This document shows positions 50,636 through 64,000 of a stretch of 64,000 bases of DNA, in pieces. The first letter of the stretch is position 1, and the number at the start of each line of letters is the position of its first letter. Location: positions 101,680,001 through 101,744,000 of the forward strand of contig NC_043003.1 in the NCBI RefSeq assembly GCF_006345805.1, in the 5' to 3' direction. Position numbers and translations under genes: made by a program. This DNA is from Octopus sinensis. Taxonomy: Eukaryota. The notes under the pieces are model-generated. The model did no database searches, was not told where the DNA came from, and worked only from the letters and a program-made list of their open reading frames with translations.

Positions 50636-52528
50636 GGATCTTTTCCTTTTGTAACATAATTTCTAGGTAACTAAAAAGTTTTAAACTTCGTATACTGGTA
50701 GAATGTGCTTATAAAACATCATTTTCTCTTGGCTTTATTGAGAAAATTCTATAGTTTGTAAGATATTTCGTCTAAAATTTCTAGCATTTCGGCAATTTTA
50801 ACCAATCGCTGACGTCCATTTAGGTAAACAACATTCTGTGCATAATGAATATGTCCCACCTTTAAGAAACAGATTGGGTTTATTTACATTTGTGAAGAAA
50901 AAAGATACCCTTCTCCCACCCCTAACCCTAACTCTAAAATAGATTGAAATGCAATAGATCGATACTAGGGTTATAATTATGGGTGACAATTTCATACGAC
51001 ACCGCTACGGAAAATGGGATTTTTTTCTAGCAGTGTCAAATGAAAATGTCACCCATAATTATGGCCCTAGTATCGATCTATTGCATTTCAATCTATTTTA
51101 GATTTAGGGTTAGAGTTAGGGTTAGGGAAAGGGTATCTTTTTTTCTTCACAAATGTAAATAAACCCAATCTGTTTCTTAACCCTTTCGTTACCAAACCGC
51201 CCAAAGCCGCCCCCAAAAAATTTTGGTTAATGTGACCAAACCGCCCAAAGCCGCCCCCCAAAAATTTTGGTTAATGTGACCAAACCGCCCAAATTTACCT
51301 ATTCATATTTAAATGAGAACATCAGAGCAAATCTCTTTAGTACATTCGTGAAAACATGTGATTATACTTCGTAAACAGTTCATCTACAGTTTTGTACAAC
51401 GATCGACGTGTAATTTTAATTCCCTGAATTTTGGGAGATTTTTTTCCACATTTTTTTCGGCATCGATTTTTCTTCAACTTTGAAAATGGATTGGAGTTTC
51501 ATATTATCAAGCATTGATTCCAAATTGGAAAATTTGTGAAGCAAATACTGGGTACTGTTGTGGATTTAGTTTTTATACAGGGAAACTAATGTTAGTCAGC
51601 ATGGCTTAGGGTATGATGTGGTCTGGAAGTTATTGTTTGAAGCGATCAATGTGGAAACAAACTTACGCAAAATGTAAACAAATACAAAATGGGGGTTCAA
51701 ATTTCGGAAAATTTGTGAAGCAAATACTGGGTACTGCGTGGATTTAGTTTTTATACAGGGAAAATAATGTTAGTCAGCATGGCCTAGGGAACGATGTGGT
51801 CTGGAATTTATCACTTCCATACCATAACCAGGGCCATATATTATTTTTTGACCGATTTCTTTAGTTCGGTCAAACTTGCGGTGGATTCCAGTATTTCACT
51901 TTATTCCACCTTTATGGTACACCTGTTGTGCATTAAATTCAACTGATGATATAGTGATGTGCACAATTCTTCTTTATCAAAATTTTGTTGCATACCCATT
52001 TGAATATTAGCTGATGATTCATTTTCTATGGTGATGTTTAAACAAAATTTTTATATTTTTACCTTTTGCTCAATTTAAAATTTTAATATTTTTAACTTTT
52101 GCTCAATTTACCTGGATTTACCTGTAATTAAAGTCACTTTGAGACAAAAGTTATGCAATAGAATTGATTAAGAACCCTTTCTTTAATTATGTTCCAAATA
52201 TCACATTAATATGTTGATAAGTAAAAAAGTTACAGTTATTTAATGAAACAAGCCTAGATTCATGATTATTTTAGAATTTAATTGAAACTCATGAGGGGTG
52301 TATTTTGGTCAGAAATATAGTAACGAAAGGGTTAAAGGAGGGACATATTCATTATGCACAGAATGTTGTTTACCTATATGGATGTCAGCGATTGGTTAAA
52401 ATTGCTGAAATGCTAGAAGCCAAGAGAAAATGATGTTTTATAAACACATTCTACCAGTATACGAAGTTTAAAACTTTTTAGTTACCTAGAAATTACGTTA
52501 CAAAGTGCCGTTCAAAAGGAAAGGATCC
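50636..52528. mobile_element. Foldback (almost fully palindromic) non-autonomous element with GG..CC termini and 8-bp TSD, interrupted by a piggyBac derivative
   Basis: TSD GAAAAAAG at 50628-50635 and 52529-52536; termini ggatcttttccttttg / caaaaggaaaggatcc. Left arm ~50636-51010 mirrors 51025-51180 + 52336-52528. Confidence 0.85.
51181..52331 (+). mobile_element. Non-autonomous piggyBac element
   Basis: TTAA|CCCTTTCGTTAC ... GTAACGAAAGGG|TTAA; the uninterrupted mirror arm of the host has a single TTAA. Confidence 0.92.
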
Positions 52529-54235
52529 GAAAAAAGAATAAAATATATAGGACCACACTATACATCAGAAAAAAACAAATATATACTTATATATGTATAG
52601 TAATAATGAGTATAAAACATTGGTCGATATTAGCATATGCTAATATATTAGCTGCCCCACTGATATAAAGGTACTCAAATAAGTTAGTAAGCCAGGCCAT
52701 AAAACAAAAAAGAACTATGACTAGTCCCATTTACTTGAACTTGCTGTGACAATCAGTCATGCTAAGCATTCAAGAGGACTTTGAAGATGTGAAGTTTTAT
52801 TTCCAGCAAAATAGGAGGAGCACTCTGTTGGTTATGAAGACGAGGGTCCCAGCTGATACAATCAATGGAACAGCTTGCTTGTGAAATTAATGTGCAAGTG
52901 GCTGAGTGCTCCACAGACACATATTTCTCAGGGAGATTCAGCATGACACAGAGTGCAATAAGGCTGGCCCTTTGAAATACAGGTACAACTCATTTTTGCC
53001 AGCTGAGTGAACTGGAGCAATGTGAAATAAAGTGTCTTGCTCAAAGACACAATGTGTCACTGGAAATTGAACTCTTGACCTTACAATCACGAGCCAAATG
53101 CCCCTAACCACTGAGCCATGTGCCTTCACACACCTCCACACTACCATAGCAATGTAAGGACATATCTTCACTAGATTTTGCTAAACAGGTAGATTGAATG
53201 AAGAGGGTCAGTAGAATATCCACTACATTCATACCTCACAACACTAGATATTTTTTGTGGAGATCCTTTTACAGTACAAAACCAGCAACAGCTGATGAAC
53301 AGAGGGTAGATATTGAATGAGAAAGCACATAATTACCAATTTTACTACAAACCATTTCATATCACCATTTCTGTACCACCAGTCAACATTCCCTCTCTCC
53401 TAAACTACTTCCAATTGACATTCAGTCATCATTTTTTTAAAATTCTCCCATTCATATTTACCATCAATTCCACCCCCATTCCATATATTCCCTACCACAA
53501 TCATTTGACTATCTCCATATTATATCTATATCTCAATCTCCCCTAACACTCTTGCAATGTTACCTATGCATTTTGATTCTCCTGTCTCCATACTATCTTC
53601 TATTCACTTTCTTGGACATTTTACCACGAGGGTATGTTTTGGTTCCTCATCCTCACCATATTTACCTCCCTTTGTGACATCACTCCAACCAACTTCACCT
53701 ACCCATGTAAAAGGTGAAGAGGCCATACATTTTCACAACAAACCTATCCTTATTCCTCATATAAAGTCATCACTCTATCTCTTATTTTTCCTCCCATAGA
53801 AGCAGGGTTTTTTAGTCTTATGAGTTACAAGGCAAGATCACTTAGTGCTGATGCCATGGAAAATAAGCATCTTGTACGTTTTTTCCATTAGTTGGCATTA
53901 AGAAGGGCATCCACTCACAGAACTCATGCTAAAACTGAGAGACTGGAGCAAGATATGGTCCTTTGACCTGTTGGATTTTGTTTAACCATGCAACCTATGC
54001 CAGCAGGAAAAGTGGATGTAAAAATGATGATGATAGTAACAATGATTTGCAGCAGGTGTAGCTGTGGTTGAGAAGTTTGCTTCACAACCATATGATTTTG
54101 GTTTCAATCCCACTGCACAGCACCTTGGGCAAGTATCTCCTACTGTGGCGCTAGGCAAACTAAATGTTTGTGAGATTTGGTAGACAAAACCTGAATGAAA
54201 TCTCCTGTCATTTGTGTGTGTGTGTGTGTGTGTGT

Positions 54236-54278
<43 letters not shown>

Positions 54279-54797
54279 TCCTGGTCTTTTTTGCGCATTA
54301 TTTGTTAACAAACAACACCATCATACAAGTAATGTTTGTTTGCAATCTTCTGTGGAAATGTATCTATCCATGTTTAAAGCACTAGGGAAAATACCTTTGC
54401 TTGGTAACAGGTGAGGGTTGGCAACAAAAAGAGAATCTGGAATCTGGCTGTACAAATCTGCCTTAATGGATTTCATCAGACCTATACAAGCATGGAAAAG
54501 TAGACGTTAAATCGATGATGATATATGAATATGCACACACATATATATACACTATAAATACATATACATTTATGTATATACATAGTTTTATTAAACAGTT
54601 CATCAGATGGCTGTCTCACTTTTTCAATGAATGAATGACTGCAAGGGAATGTATTTACATTGTTTTACTTAATTTCATAGCAAAGGCTTTCTAATATTTT
54701 TAGATCCAGTTTAGTACATATATTTATATCCACGAGTGTGTATTGGGAAGTGAAACTATGATCTTACTGTGAGTTAAACACTAGCTGCTACATGCCG

Positions 54798-54836
<39 letters not shown>

Positions 54837-57567
54837 TGTAATGCTTATCAATATATAACAGAGTAAAATATGCATGCATGCTAAATATAGAAATCAGATC
54901 TCTCTTATGTCACACTCTGCTGTATTGGAAGTGAGGAGAATGGTCTATACAACAGAGCCCTAGACATCTTTAAATACAAGAGAGCCATAGCCAGGATGCC
55001 ATTGACCATGGATCTGCCCAATTGTGGTTAAAGTACTGTGATGAATGGTAGACAAATGGAGTTAGTTATCACACAGGCATTTAAGGTTGACAAATAAGAG
55101 CACTGTTTCCAACCATTTCATATTTTTATTATCAAATATCTATGGTATTTGTGTGTGCATATATATTTATATATAATTAAGATAAGCAAATTGTTATTAA
55201 TATAATTTTTATCATAATTCATATTCTTTAACACTTTAGCATTTAAACTGGTTGCATCCAGCCTAAATATTCTACCTATTTTATGTTCAGACTGGCCAGA
55301 TCTAGCCTCTCACACCTGTCTTACAATGTGATTCTAAAAATAATCAATCACATCATCAAAATCGTGAATTTAATATGTACTACATTTAACAGAATAATTT
55401 GAATGCTAAAACGTATCCTCTGTTGTTGCTTAGATGTCTTCTAAATTAAAATAGCACCTGGCAAACCTTTTTGCAAACTCATCTCATTACTAAGTACCTC
55501 CCACTCCCCCCAACTGCTATTCCCTAATCTGGACAAGAAGTACCAGCTACCATTATTTCAATTATTCAACCTACCAATAAACTGAGAGCTTTTCCCCTCA
55601 GCTGTTTACTTCTAGGAATTCACATTTACTAACAAGCTGCCATTATTTCAGTTACGACTCACCAGTCAATTGTAAGCTTCTCTTCTAGGAAATAACATCC
55701 CAGACAAATGCCATAAGTTAAATTACTACAACCCATTTGTCTTTTGTAAACTCTTCTCCCATTCGCTTTTCACATCCAGTATGCAACTTGCTAGTCTTCT
55801 CCTTCCATTTCTAGGACTCATAGACTCCTCTAAAAAAATATGCATAGAGTTGTGGACTCTGTGAGCTATAGGGAAAGCAAAGCTGCTACTCTTTCTCCTT
55901 GCTATGTTTAGGACACAATCTACCAGACAGCTGTCAGTACCTCTCCCTTCCACTTACAGGAATCCATACACTCCAAATTAAATCACCAGTGCACCCTATG
56001 CTGTCAACACTGAGAGCACCTTCACTACCATTATGGGATTGACAAGTTTATTTTTGAACCTGTGGAAGACACATGAGATGTTGAAATATTATTCATTTGA
56101 TAACAGTTGCACACTTCTTTATTGCTTCTTTACTTTCTGGAGGAGTAACCTCAATCCTATAAATATTATTAATAATAATAGTAATAATAATAAATGCCAC
56201 GATGAAGTACCAAGCAGTGATTCTAATGGCTTTTGATCTTAACTGACTGGAAGTGTTATCATGTACATTGTTTTTCTTGGTATAAAAGATGGGCTACAGC
56301 AAATATTCTACTCAATACCACAGATTTCCTTGTCAGTTGCTTGACCATAACCAGTTGAATATGTCCCTTAGTGGCTGACGATATGTGCATTTCTGATCAT
56401 GAGCAGAAATAGTGGAAGAGCATCATAGCAATGTGTTGAGAGGAATTCTTTGGGGTTTGAATAATTCACCTCTGGAAACATAGGTGTTTTGTTCATCATC
56501 CTTAAACAAACCTTATTCAGGGATCTTTTGAGCAAGATGGGCTACTCAACTTGAAGAAAATTCTAACTGGGCCCCACCTGCAAGGTCATGCACTGCTTGT
56601 CTTGGTATAAGATCACCATGTTGCACACATATGGTTGTGATGCATATGCCTGGTGTACCCTTATCAGACAAGTAGTCATGATGGTATATTGAGCTTTGTA
56701 TATTTGTACCCCAGTGTCACTTTGATGGCATATATTGCTCTCTCATTCAATAATGATAATAATAATAATGATCCTTTCTACTTTAAACACAAGGCCTGAA
56801 ATTTTGAGGGAAGGGGTTAGTTGATTACTGGTACTTATTTTATTGACCTTGAAAGGATGAAAGACAAAGTTGGAAGAAATACCACAAACCATTTTGTCTG
56901 GTGCAGTAATGAGTCTATCAGTTTGCCACCTTAAGAATAATAACCTTTTCTGTTATAGGCACAAGGCGTGAAAGTTTGGGGGAGGGGGCTAGTGAATTAC
57001 ATGGACCCCAATGCTTGACTGGTACTTATTTTATCGACCCTGAAAGGATGAAAGGCTAAGTTGACCATATCAGAATTTGAACACAGAACATAAAAATGAA
57101 CAAAATGCTGCTAAGCATTTTGCCTGACATGCTAATGATTCTACCAGCTCAGCTTAATAACAACAATAATAATAATAATAATCCTATTATAGACACAAGG
57201 CCTGAAACTTGGGGGGGGGCAATTACATCAGCCCCAGTACTCAACTGGTACTTTATTATATTGACTCCAAAAGAATAATAATAATCTAATAAATAATAAT
57301 AATCTAATAAATTACAAGGATACATGAAAAAATCTGAGAGTTTCACAGAATCAACTGTGGGGGGAAAAACATGAAAAAACCCCAAGCAATACAAAATGGA
57401 ATTAATGGCACATCCTGATAGCAGAGTGTGGAGATAATCACTTAAGATGAATCAAGCCACCACACCAAACCACAGATCCAGGATTACCCTGACCACTAGG
57501 GTCAAGTGCCTTCTGACCAGTGAAATATACATTTTACATAAGAAATGAAAGAGAAGATGCTCTAACC

Positions 57568-57820
57568 CAATGGTTCTCCACCAGGGTCCCTTATGGCCCT
57601 TGGGGGTCCACATAAGATTTTGTGGCTAAAATTTTTGTACAATAAATTGATTATAACTTCAACAATACACAAAACATTAAAATTTTTTTTATACAATTCC
57701 TAATAATATTTAATTATAAAATTATTATAGGATTTATTAAACATTGAATGGCTATGAGGTCCATCTGAGTAAAATGGTAATCAAAGCGGTCTATAGGTGG
57801 AAAATGGTTGAGAACCACTG
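57568..57820. mobile_element. hAT (Charlie-like) MITE
   Basis: TIRs caatggttctc / gagaaccactg; 8-bp TSD ctctaacc (57560-57567) / ctctaatc (57821-57828). Confidence 0.85.
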
Positions 57821-60399
57821 CTCTAATCCGATCAAATGTAAACTGGAACAAGGACATGTAAATCAGGTGTAACAAGTACTCACTACTTTTATTCAATCTT
57901 TCAAAGATAGTGCCTACTCAACTTATTTCTCCATGAGACTGATCTCTCTGCTTGCAATCTCATTTGGGCCCCTATCCACTAAGAAGTCTGGCCCAGTTCA
58001 GATCAGACCCTAGTATTTTAACAGATACTTCATTAATTCAAGATGCTAGCTAGCATGGATTTAACTCTCAGGGAGCCAAGCTGCAGGCCCACAAATTTGT
58101 CCTGAAAAATCAATCTTTATGTTTGCAACTGCAGCTTATTTCCAGTGAACATTTGTGATTTTAGTTTTTCCAGCTAAACTGCCAGATGACTGTATCTTTA
58201 CTTACTCAGCAGATACGGTTTATATTAGCAGCCATGTAGGGCTCTTGTGTCATCAGAGTGAAAAGTAGATTAGTTGACAATAAATAAATAAATAGATAAA
58301 AGATATATTTTTCAGATAAATATGCTGTGATGTCATTTGGGTTTTTTCTTATATTGTGAAACACATCAATGAAAAAATATTTCAAGTAATACATCTTTTT
58401 TTGTTTTTGCTTTTCCCTCCTTCAATTTATTTCTGTTTGAAATACTAAGAAATAAGTAACAGGAGTGTAGTTAGAGCAGCATGGTAGATTTGCTTCTAAA
58501 TCACAAGGTTCTATGTGTGGTCCCACAGAATGGAATGTAGGGCAAGTATCTTCTCCACACTGTCTCACTTTGCAAGAAAAAGTAGATGGAAAATGTGTGG
58601 CAGCCCACTGTCTTACAGACAAGGGGCTCCCCACTCTTTCATTGGTTTACTTATCTTCACCCTCCTAGACTTTCTTTCTCTCTTATATATTTACCATTAT
58701 AAGTGTTGCCCTCCATTTATCTACACGTGTGTCCATATCTGCGTTTGTGTTTACATCACTAAAAACTGGTAATGTTTCATATGTCCTGTAATTTCACAGT
58801 TCAACAAATATGATCAATAAAATAAACACCAAACTGAAATAGAATCTAGAGTTGACATAACCTTGAAGGCTGAGCCACAACACAACTAGTGACTGAATGA
58901 AGAGGTACTGAGGTGATAGTAGAAGTAGATGATGTAATAGTAGTAGTTGTAGTAGATGACGCAACAATAGTAGTTGTTAATCTCCCAACTAGCCTTGGCT
59001 GAGAGTAGACCAAAAGCATTCCAGTTGTGACCATGTTGTGCTGTAAAGGATAACCACTAGACTGCATTACTGCATTATCATATTTTAAGACAACAGAGTG
59101 ATTTGATGGAGATTTGGTGGGAGGTTGTTGGGATGATCTAATTGATAATCTGTTTTGAGTCCAAACTTGGTGAAAGTCAAATTTACCTTTTAATTTCCTC
59201 TTCCCATTCCCCCTCTGTCCTCATCCTTGCCACCACTATCATCATAACTTTTCCATGGGTTAGATGAAATTCAGTGAGGCAGTTCTCTTTTTCTACATTT
59301 GGCTGCTCTTCTTGTCACTATCATTTGTTTCTAATTAAGGTACTTTTTCCCTTAGCTTTTCAACAACAAACAGCTGAATGGCAAGCACATTTTCATTGAA
59401 AACAATGGCAATAAGAAGAAACAAACACACATCAACGTCATTGGTTTAATATCTACTTTTCCATGTATGCATTCATCAGATAGAATTTGTTGAGACAGAT
59501 TTTCTACAGCCAGATGCACTTGCTGTTGCCAACCCTCATTTGTTTCCAAATCAGGTAATATTTCTCCATGACAAGACATGTTTTCAGAGAAGATTGGAAA
59601 TGCAGGAGACTGCTTGCATGACAGTAACACTCATTTACAACTATCACATGATGTTAAGGTAAAGACTCAGTAACACATACACACACATGTAATATATATA
59701 TACATATATATGACACACTTCTTTCAGTTTCTGTTTATCAAGTCCACTTGCATAGGGTGCCACAGGGATTAAATCCAGAAGCATGTGGTTGGGAAGCAAA
59801 CTTCTTGTCTCACAGCCATACATTTATTTAAAAATCCAAAGTTGGCCCATTCTACCGCAATCTCTGAGTATATATGGTAGTTGAAAGGCAAAAACACCCA
59901 ATACTCACTCCATTGGAGCATGGTGAAGCACACAACGCCATACACAAGAAAGAAAACCTTGCTGATTATACAACCCGAATCTTAATATTGGGTTCACAAC
60001 TTCTGAATGAACGAAATGAACTAATAATCAATTGCAACCATAAAATTCTTAAAACATTTGAGATATTTTTATACACTGACACAGCTTTACTTAATCAAAC
60101 TTATCAACATTTGCTATATTATTCTAAACCCATACACTACATTAGAATCCCACCATTAACCAAGTTGCTTGTCAACTACTGAATACATTTATCTTTTCCC
60201 CATAGAGTTTCTACTGTAATCTTTTATTCCTGATGGCCATATTCTCCCATGTTTATATCTATATCATCATCATTATCATAATCATGATATTTATTTTGAT
60301 GTTGATGTATTTGACTCAACAGGTCTCCTCAAGCACAGCAGGTCATTCTGCAATCCAAGGTACTTTGGATGGGCTGGGGCTATGCGAAATTGGTGCAGG

Positions 60400-60740
60400 A
60401 AGCAGCCATGAACTCACACTATTTGTCGGGTCTTTGCAGTCACAGCATATCTCCAGAGGTTTCGGTCTTTCATCATTGCTTCTGTGAGGCCCAATGTTCG
60501 CAGGTCATGCTTGATTACCTCATCCCATGTCTTCCTGGGTCTACCTCTCCCCTGGATACCTTCAACTGTTTGGGAGTGGCAATTCACACATCTCTCCTCC
60601 TCCATCCACAGTACATGACCATACCAGCACAAACGTCTCTCTTGCACCCCACATCTGATGCTTCTTATGTCCAGCATCTCTCTCAGGACGCTTACACTCT
60701 GTCGTGTGAGACATATATAGATGTCTACTGCCATACATAG
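60400..60740 (-). mobile_element. RTE LINE 3' fragment
   Basis: LREMLDIRSIRCGVQERRLCWYGHV..GRGRPRKTWDEVIKHDL. Confidence 0.85.
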
Positions 60741-61073
60741 TATCTGTTCTTTTTAAGTATCGATAGCCACATGTATATATAATTATCTTTATGTCTGACT
60801 GTGTTTATGTCTGCATGTTTATATGTGTCTGAACCTTTGTATGATCAATCATATGGATATATCTGTATATATATATTCCTGTGTGAAGGCCCTATATGCA
60901 TGTATCTTTGTGCGTGTGTGTATGCATACATTATGTGTGTGTATATATATATATATATATATGTATATGCATGTATGTGTGTATGTCTATATCTGTGTGT
61001 GTATGTGTGTGTGTTTATGTGCATACATTTATATATGTAAATATGTCTACCTTGTACTTTCACTACTACTTAA

Positions 61074-62162
61074 CCCTTTCGTTACCAAACCACCCAAAGC
61101 CGCCTTAAAAAAATTTAGGTTTATGTGACCAAACCGCCCAAACCTGCCCGTATTTACCTATTCATATTTAAATGAGAATATCAGAGCAAATCTCTTTAGT
61201 ACATTCGTGAAAACACCTGATTATACTTCGTAAACAGTTCATCTACAGTTTTGTACAACGATCGGAGTGTAATTTTAATTCCGTGAATTTTGGGAGATTT
61301 TTTTTCCGAAATTTGTTCCTATTGTGTTTTCAAAATTTGTAATTCTGACAAAAAATGGATACGAATTTCATTATATCAAGCAGCGAGTCAGAATTCGAAG
61401 GCTTTTCTACTGAAGACCTTGATAAATCTAACTCTATGACTGAAAAAAAAAAGCACGTGGTATTTGATAATGAATCCGATGTTTCATTTTCTGAAAATGA
61501 AACGGTGAATCCGAGAGCTCCGACAGCAATAAAGAAAATGAATTGGCACCTGAATGGAGTGAAAATTTAAAAACTGTTTCTTTCAGTGATTTTTCTGAAG
61601 AAACTGGACCAAGCCACAATCTTTCCTAGGAGAGTAAAGCCTTAGACTATTTCTTTTTAATTTTTCGAATGAGCCTATTTGAAATCATTACAGCGGAAAC
61701 GAACCATTACGCTAAATGTAAACAAAGCGAAAGAAAGGATACTTTGTGGTTTCCCACAACCTTAAATGAAATTAAGGCTTATTTTGCCATAAATATTATT
61801 ATGGTTATCAGAAAGTTACCCAGAATAACAAATTCTATAGTAAAATTTTGTTGTATACCCAATTGAATATTAGCTAATAACTCATTTTCTATAGCAATGT
61901 TTGAACAAAAATTTTAATAATTTTATATTTTGTTGAATTTACCTGTATCTACCTGCAATTAGAGTCACTTTGTGACAAAAATTATAGTATAGAATTGGTT
62001 GAGAACATTTCATTAAATTATCTTCCAAAAATCACATTAATATATTGATAAATAAAAAAGTTATAGTTGTTTAATGAAACCAGACTAAATTTATGATTAT
62101 GTTAGAAATTAATTGAAACACATAAGGTGTGTATTTTGGTCAGAAATATAGTAAGGAAAGGG
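61074..62162 (+). mobile_element. Internally deleted piggyBac element retaining the transposase N-terminus
   Basis: TTAA|CCCTTTCGTTAC ... GTAAGGAAAGGG|TTAA; acidic N-terminus SESEFEGFS, then DFSEETGP..ALDYFFLIF..IITAETNHYA..TTLNEIKAYFAINIIM. Confidence 0.9.
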
Positions 62163-62236
62163 TTAAATAACTGGTTCTCTTGAATCCTAGAAATTTTTTA
62201 TGTATATATCTACATATGTCTGTGTGTATATATGTA

Positions 62237-63042
62237 CCATAAATCCTCGAGTATAATCTGTATTTTTTTCCCAAAATCCCAAGTGCGTACTATATACGAG
62301 GTTAAAAATGAAAAATAATTTTGTAAGCAATGTCTGAGTCTTTATTTGCTGTCCGGCAATGTCTATTCAGACGCATTTTGTGATGTCGGGCACAAAAATA
62401 CCTTAAGCTAAGCTTGAAAGCAATGAAGTCATAAAAGAATCCTCCATAACTTGCAGTAAGCAACATTTATTAAAATAAAAGTATTCAGAACACAGAATAA
62501 CATGTAACAAAAACAATCTGCAAACATATTTACATTCCCATATAACAGTTAAGAACATCACCATTATTGTATTATGCTTGCGCGGAATTGTTTGTTAGAC
62601 TAGGTGCTATTGGCTTAATTACGTACGAATTGTGCTTAATAGTTTAGTTCATCCTGCTGTTTGTATTGGCAGTTTGCATCATTACCGTGTCAAACAATAG
62701 ATACTTAATTAAATACCAGTATTAAATATTTGAACTACTGTGGGTCTTTACTAGAATTTTTTTATAAGTGTGACTTAAACCTGTACATTAATCTCCAATA
62801 AAACATTTTATACATTACATGCCCATAAAATGCCTCGTAGATCTTATTCAGCTATTTTTAAACTTGAAGTTATATCATATGCTGAAGAGCATGGTAATAG
62901 GGCCGCCTGAAGAACAATTTAGAAAGCTACATGTTTGCATAATGTTATATATACAATAATAATAAAGGACGTTATATTTGACTCAAGTTAGAGAAGGGGC
63001 GCATATTATACTCAAGGGAGGACTATACTCGAGGATTTACAG
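62237..63042 (+). mobile_element. pogo/Tc2-type deletion derivative with a Brinker-like DNA-binding-domain remnant
   Basis: TA|ccataaatcctcgagtata ... tatactcgaggatttacag|TA; 62830 onward encodes MPRRSYSAIFKLEVISYAEEHGNRAA*. Confidence 0.82.
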
Positions 63043-63044
63043 TA

Positions 63045-63545
63045 TCATCATCATCATCATCATCGTTTAGCATCCGATTTCCATGCTAGCATGGGTTGGA
63101 CGGGTCAACTGGGGTCTGTGAAGCTGGAAGGCTTCGTCAGGCCCAGTCATATCTGGCAGTGTTTCTACGGCTGGATGCCCTTCCTAACGCCAACCACTCC
63201 GCGAGTGTAGTGGGTGTTTTTTACGTGCCACCTGCACAGGTGCCAGACAGAGCTGGCGAACGGCCACGAACGGATGGTGCTTTTACGTGTCACCGGCATG
63301 GGGCCAGGCGATGCTGGCAACGGACACGAACGGATGGTGCTTTTACGTGCCACCGACACGGGGCCAGACAGAGCTGGCAACCGGCCACGAATGGACGGTG
63401 CTTTTACGTGTCACCGGCACGGGGGCCAGCCGAGGCTGGCAACGGACGCGAACGGATGGTACTTTTACGTGCCACCGACACGGTTGCCAGACAGAGCTGG
63501 CAAACGGCCACGAGCGGACGGTGCTTTTACGTGTCACCGGCACGA
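63045..63545 (-). mobile_element. RTE 3' end with ~60-bp GC-rich minisatellite, close relative of 13152-13640
   Basis: Colinear, highly similar sequence with the same order of unit variants. Confidence 0.8.
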
Positions 63546-63601
<56 letters not shown>

Positions 63602-64000
63602 CATGTGTGTGCGTGTATATATATGTGTATAAGTGTGTATATCTATATCTATAAAAGCAGGATGTGTGTGTGTGTGTGTACATGAATGCAATTTATGCGC
63701 ATCCACAAATTAGCATGCATGTCACTCTAATTTTAGGAAGACATTGGTCACAATCATGGCTGTGTTTTTGTCAACTTATTTTTCCTGTAGCACCCTCAGA
63801 CAGCAGTAAAAATCGATTTTCAACCATAACTTTTACCAATTTCCACATCAGTGAAATCTTTAAGTTTGCTAACATGAGTTAAGTCCCCTGCAATGGTGAT
63901 TATTAAACAGAAAGAAATGTATACATAGCTTTAATTATACAGGGAAACAAAGATGAACTGCTCTGAAAGAAATGTATATATTGTATACATATAGTACATG

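Noticed and set aside
50920-51127. CCCTAA/TTAGGG runs as an interstitial telomere or fusion site
   Set aside because: Only 2-4 imperfect units, mirrored because they lie in the arms of the foldback element.
55726-55953. 75-aa minus-strand ORF (and 58846-59067) as the missing TRAF6 first exon
   Set aside because: No TRAF6 similarity and no convincing phase-1 donor identified.

Overview
AT-rich, repeat-dense animal genomic DNA. The SINE/RTE repeats and (TA)n/(CA)n/(AAT)n tracts suggest a coleoid cephalopod, probably Octopus (inference). Two host genes converge. The terminal coding exon of SGSM3 lies on + (4511-4643). A six-coding-exon TRAF6 lies on - (48096 to 18038); all splice junctions were reconstructed in frame, including a 78-bp exon absent from the ORF track. 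The rest is nested transposons: a non-autonomous LTR element, Chapaev3, mariner, Tc1, pogo, piggyBac derivatives, a foldback element with an 8-bp TSD, a hAT MITE, Helitron-like elements, CR1 and RTE LINEs, Naiad-type Penelope-like elements (PLEs) and SINEs. The most notable finding is an intact type I hammerhead ribozyme (6249-6320, -) inside an inverted-repeat element whose two halves overlap into a closed ~415-nt circular map (retrozyme-like). A second hammerhead with a long stem II is at 45.2 kb and a decayed third one at 12.4 kb. A near-identical 342-bp inverted repeat pair brackets the TRAF6 RING exon. All calls were made by eye; family names rest on recalled motifs, not database searches.
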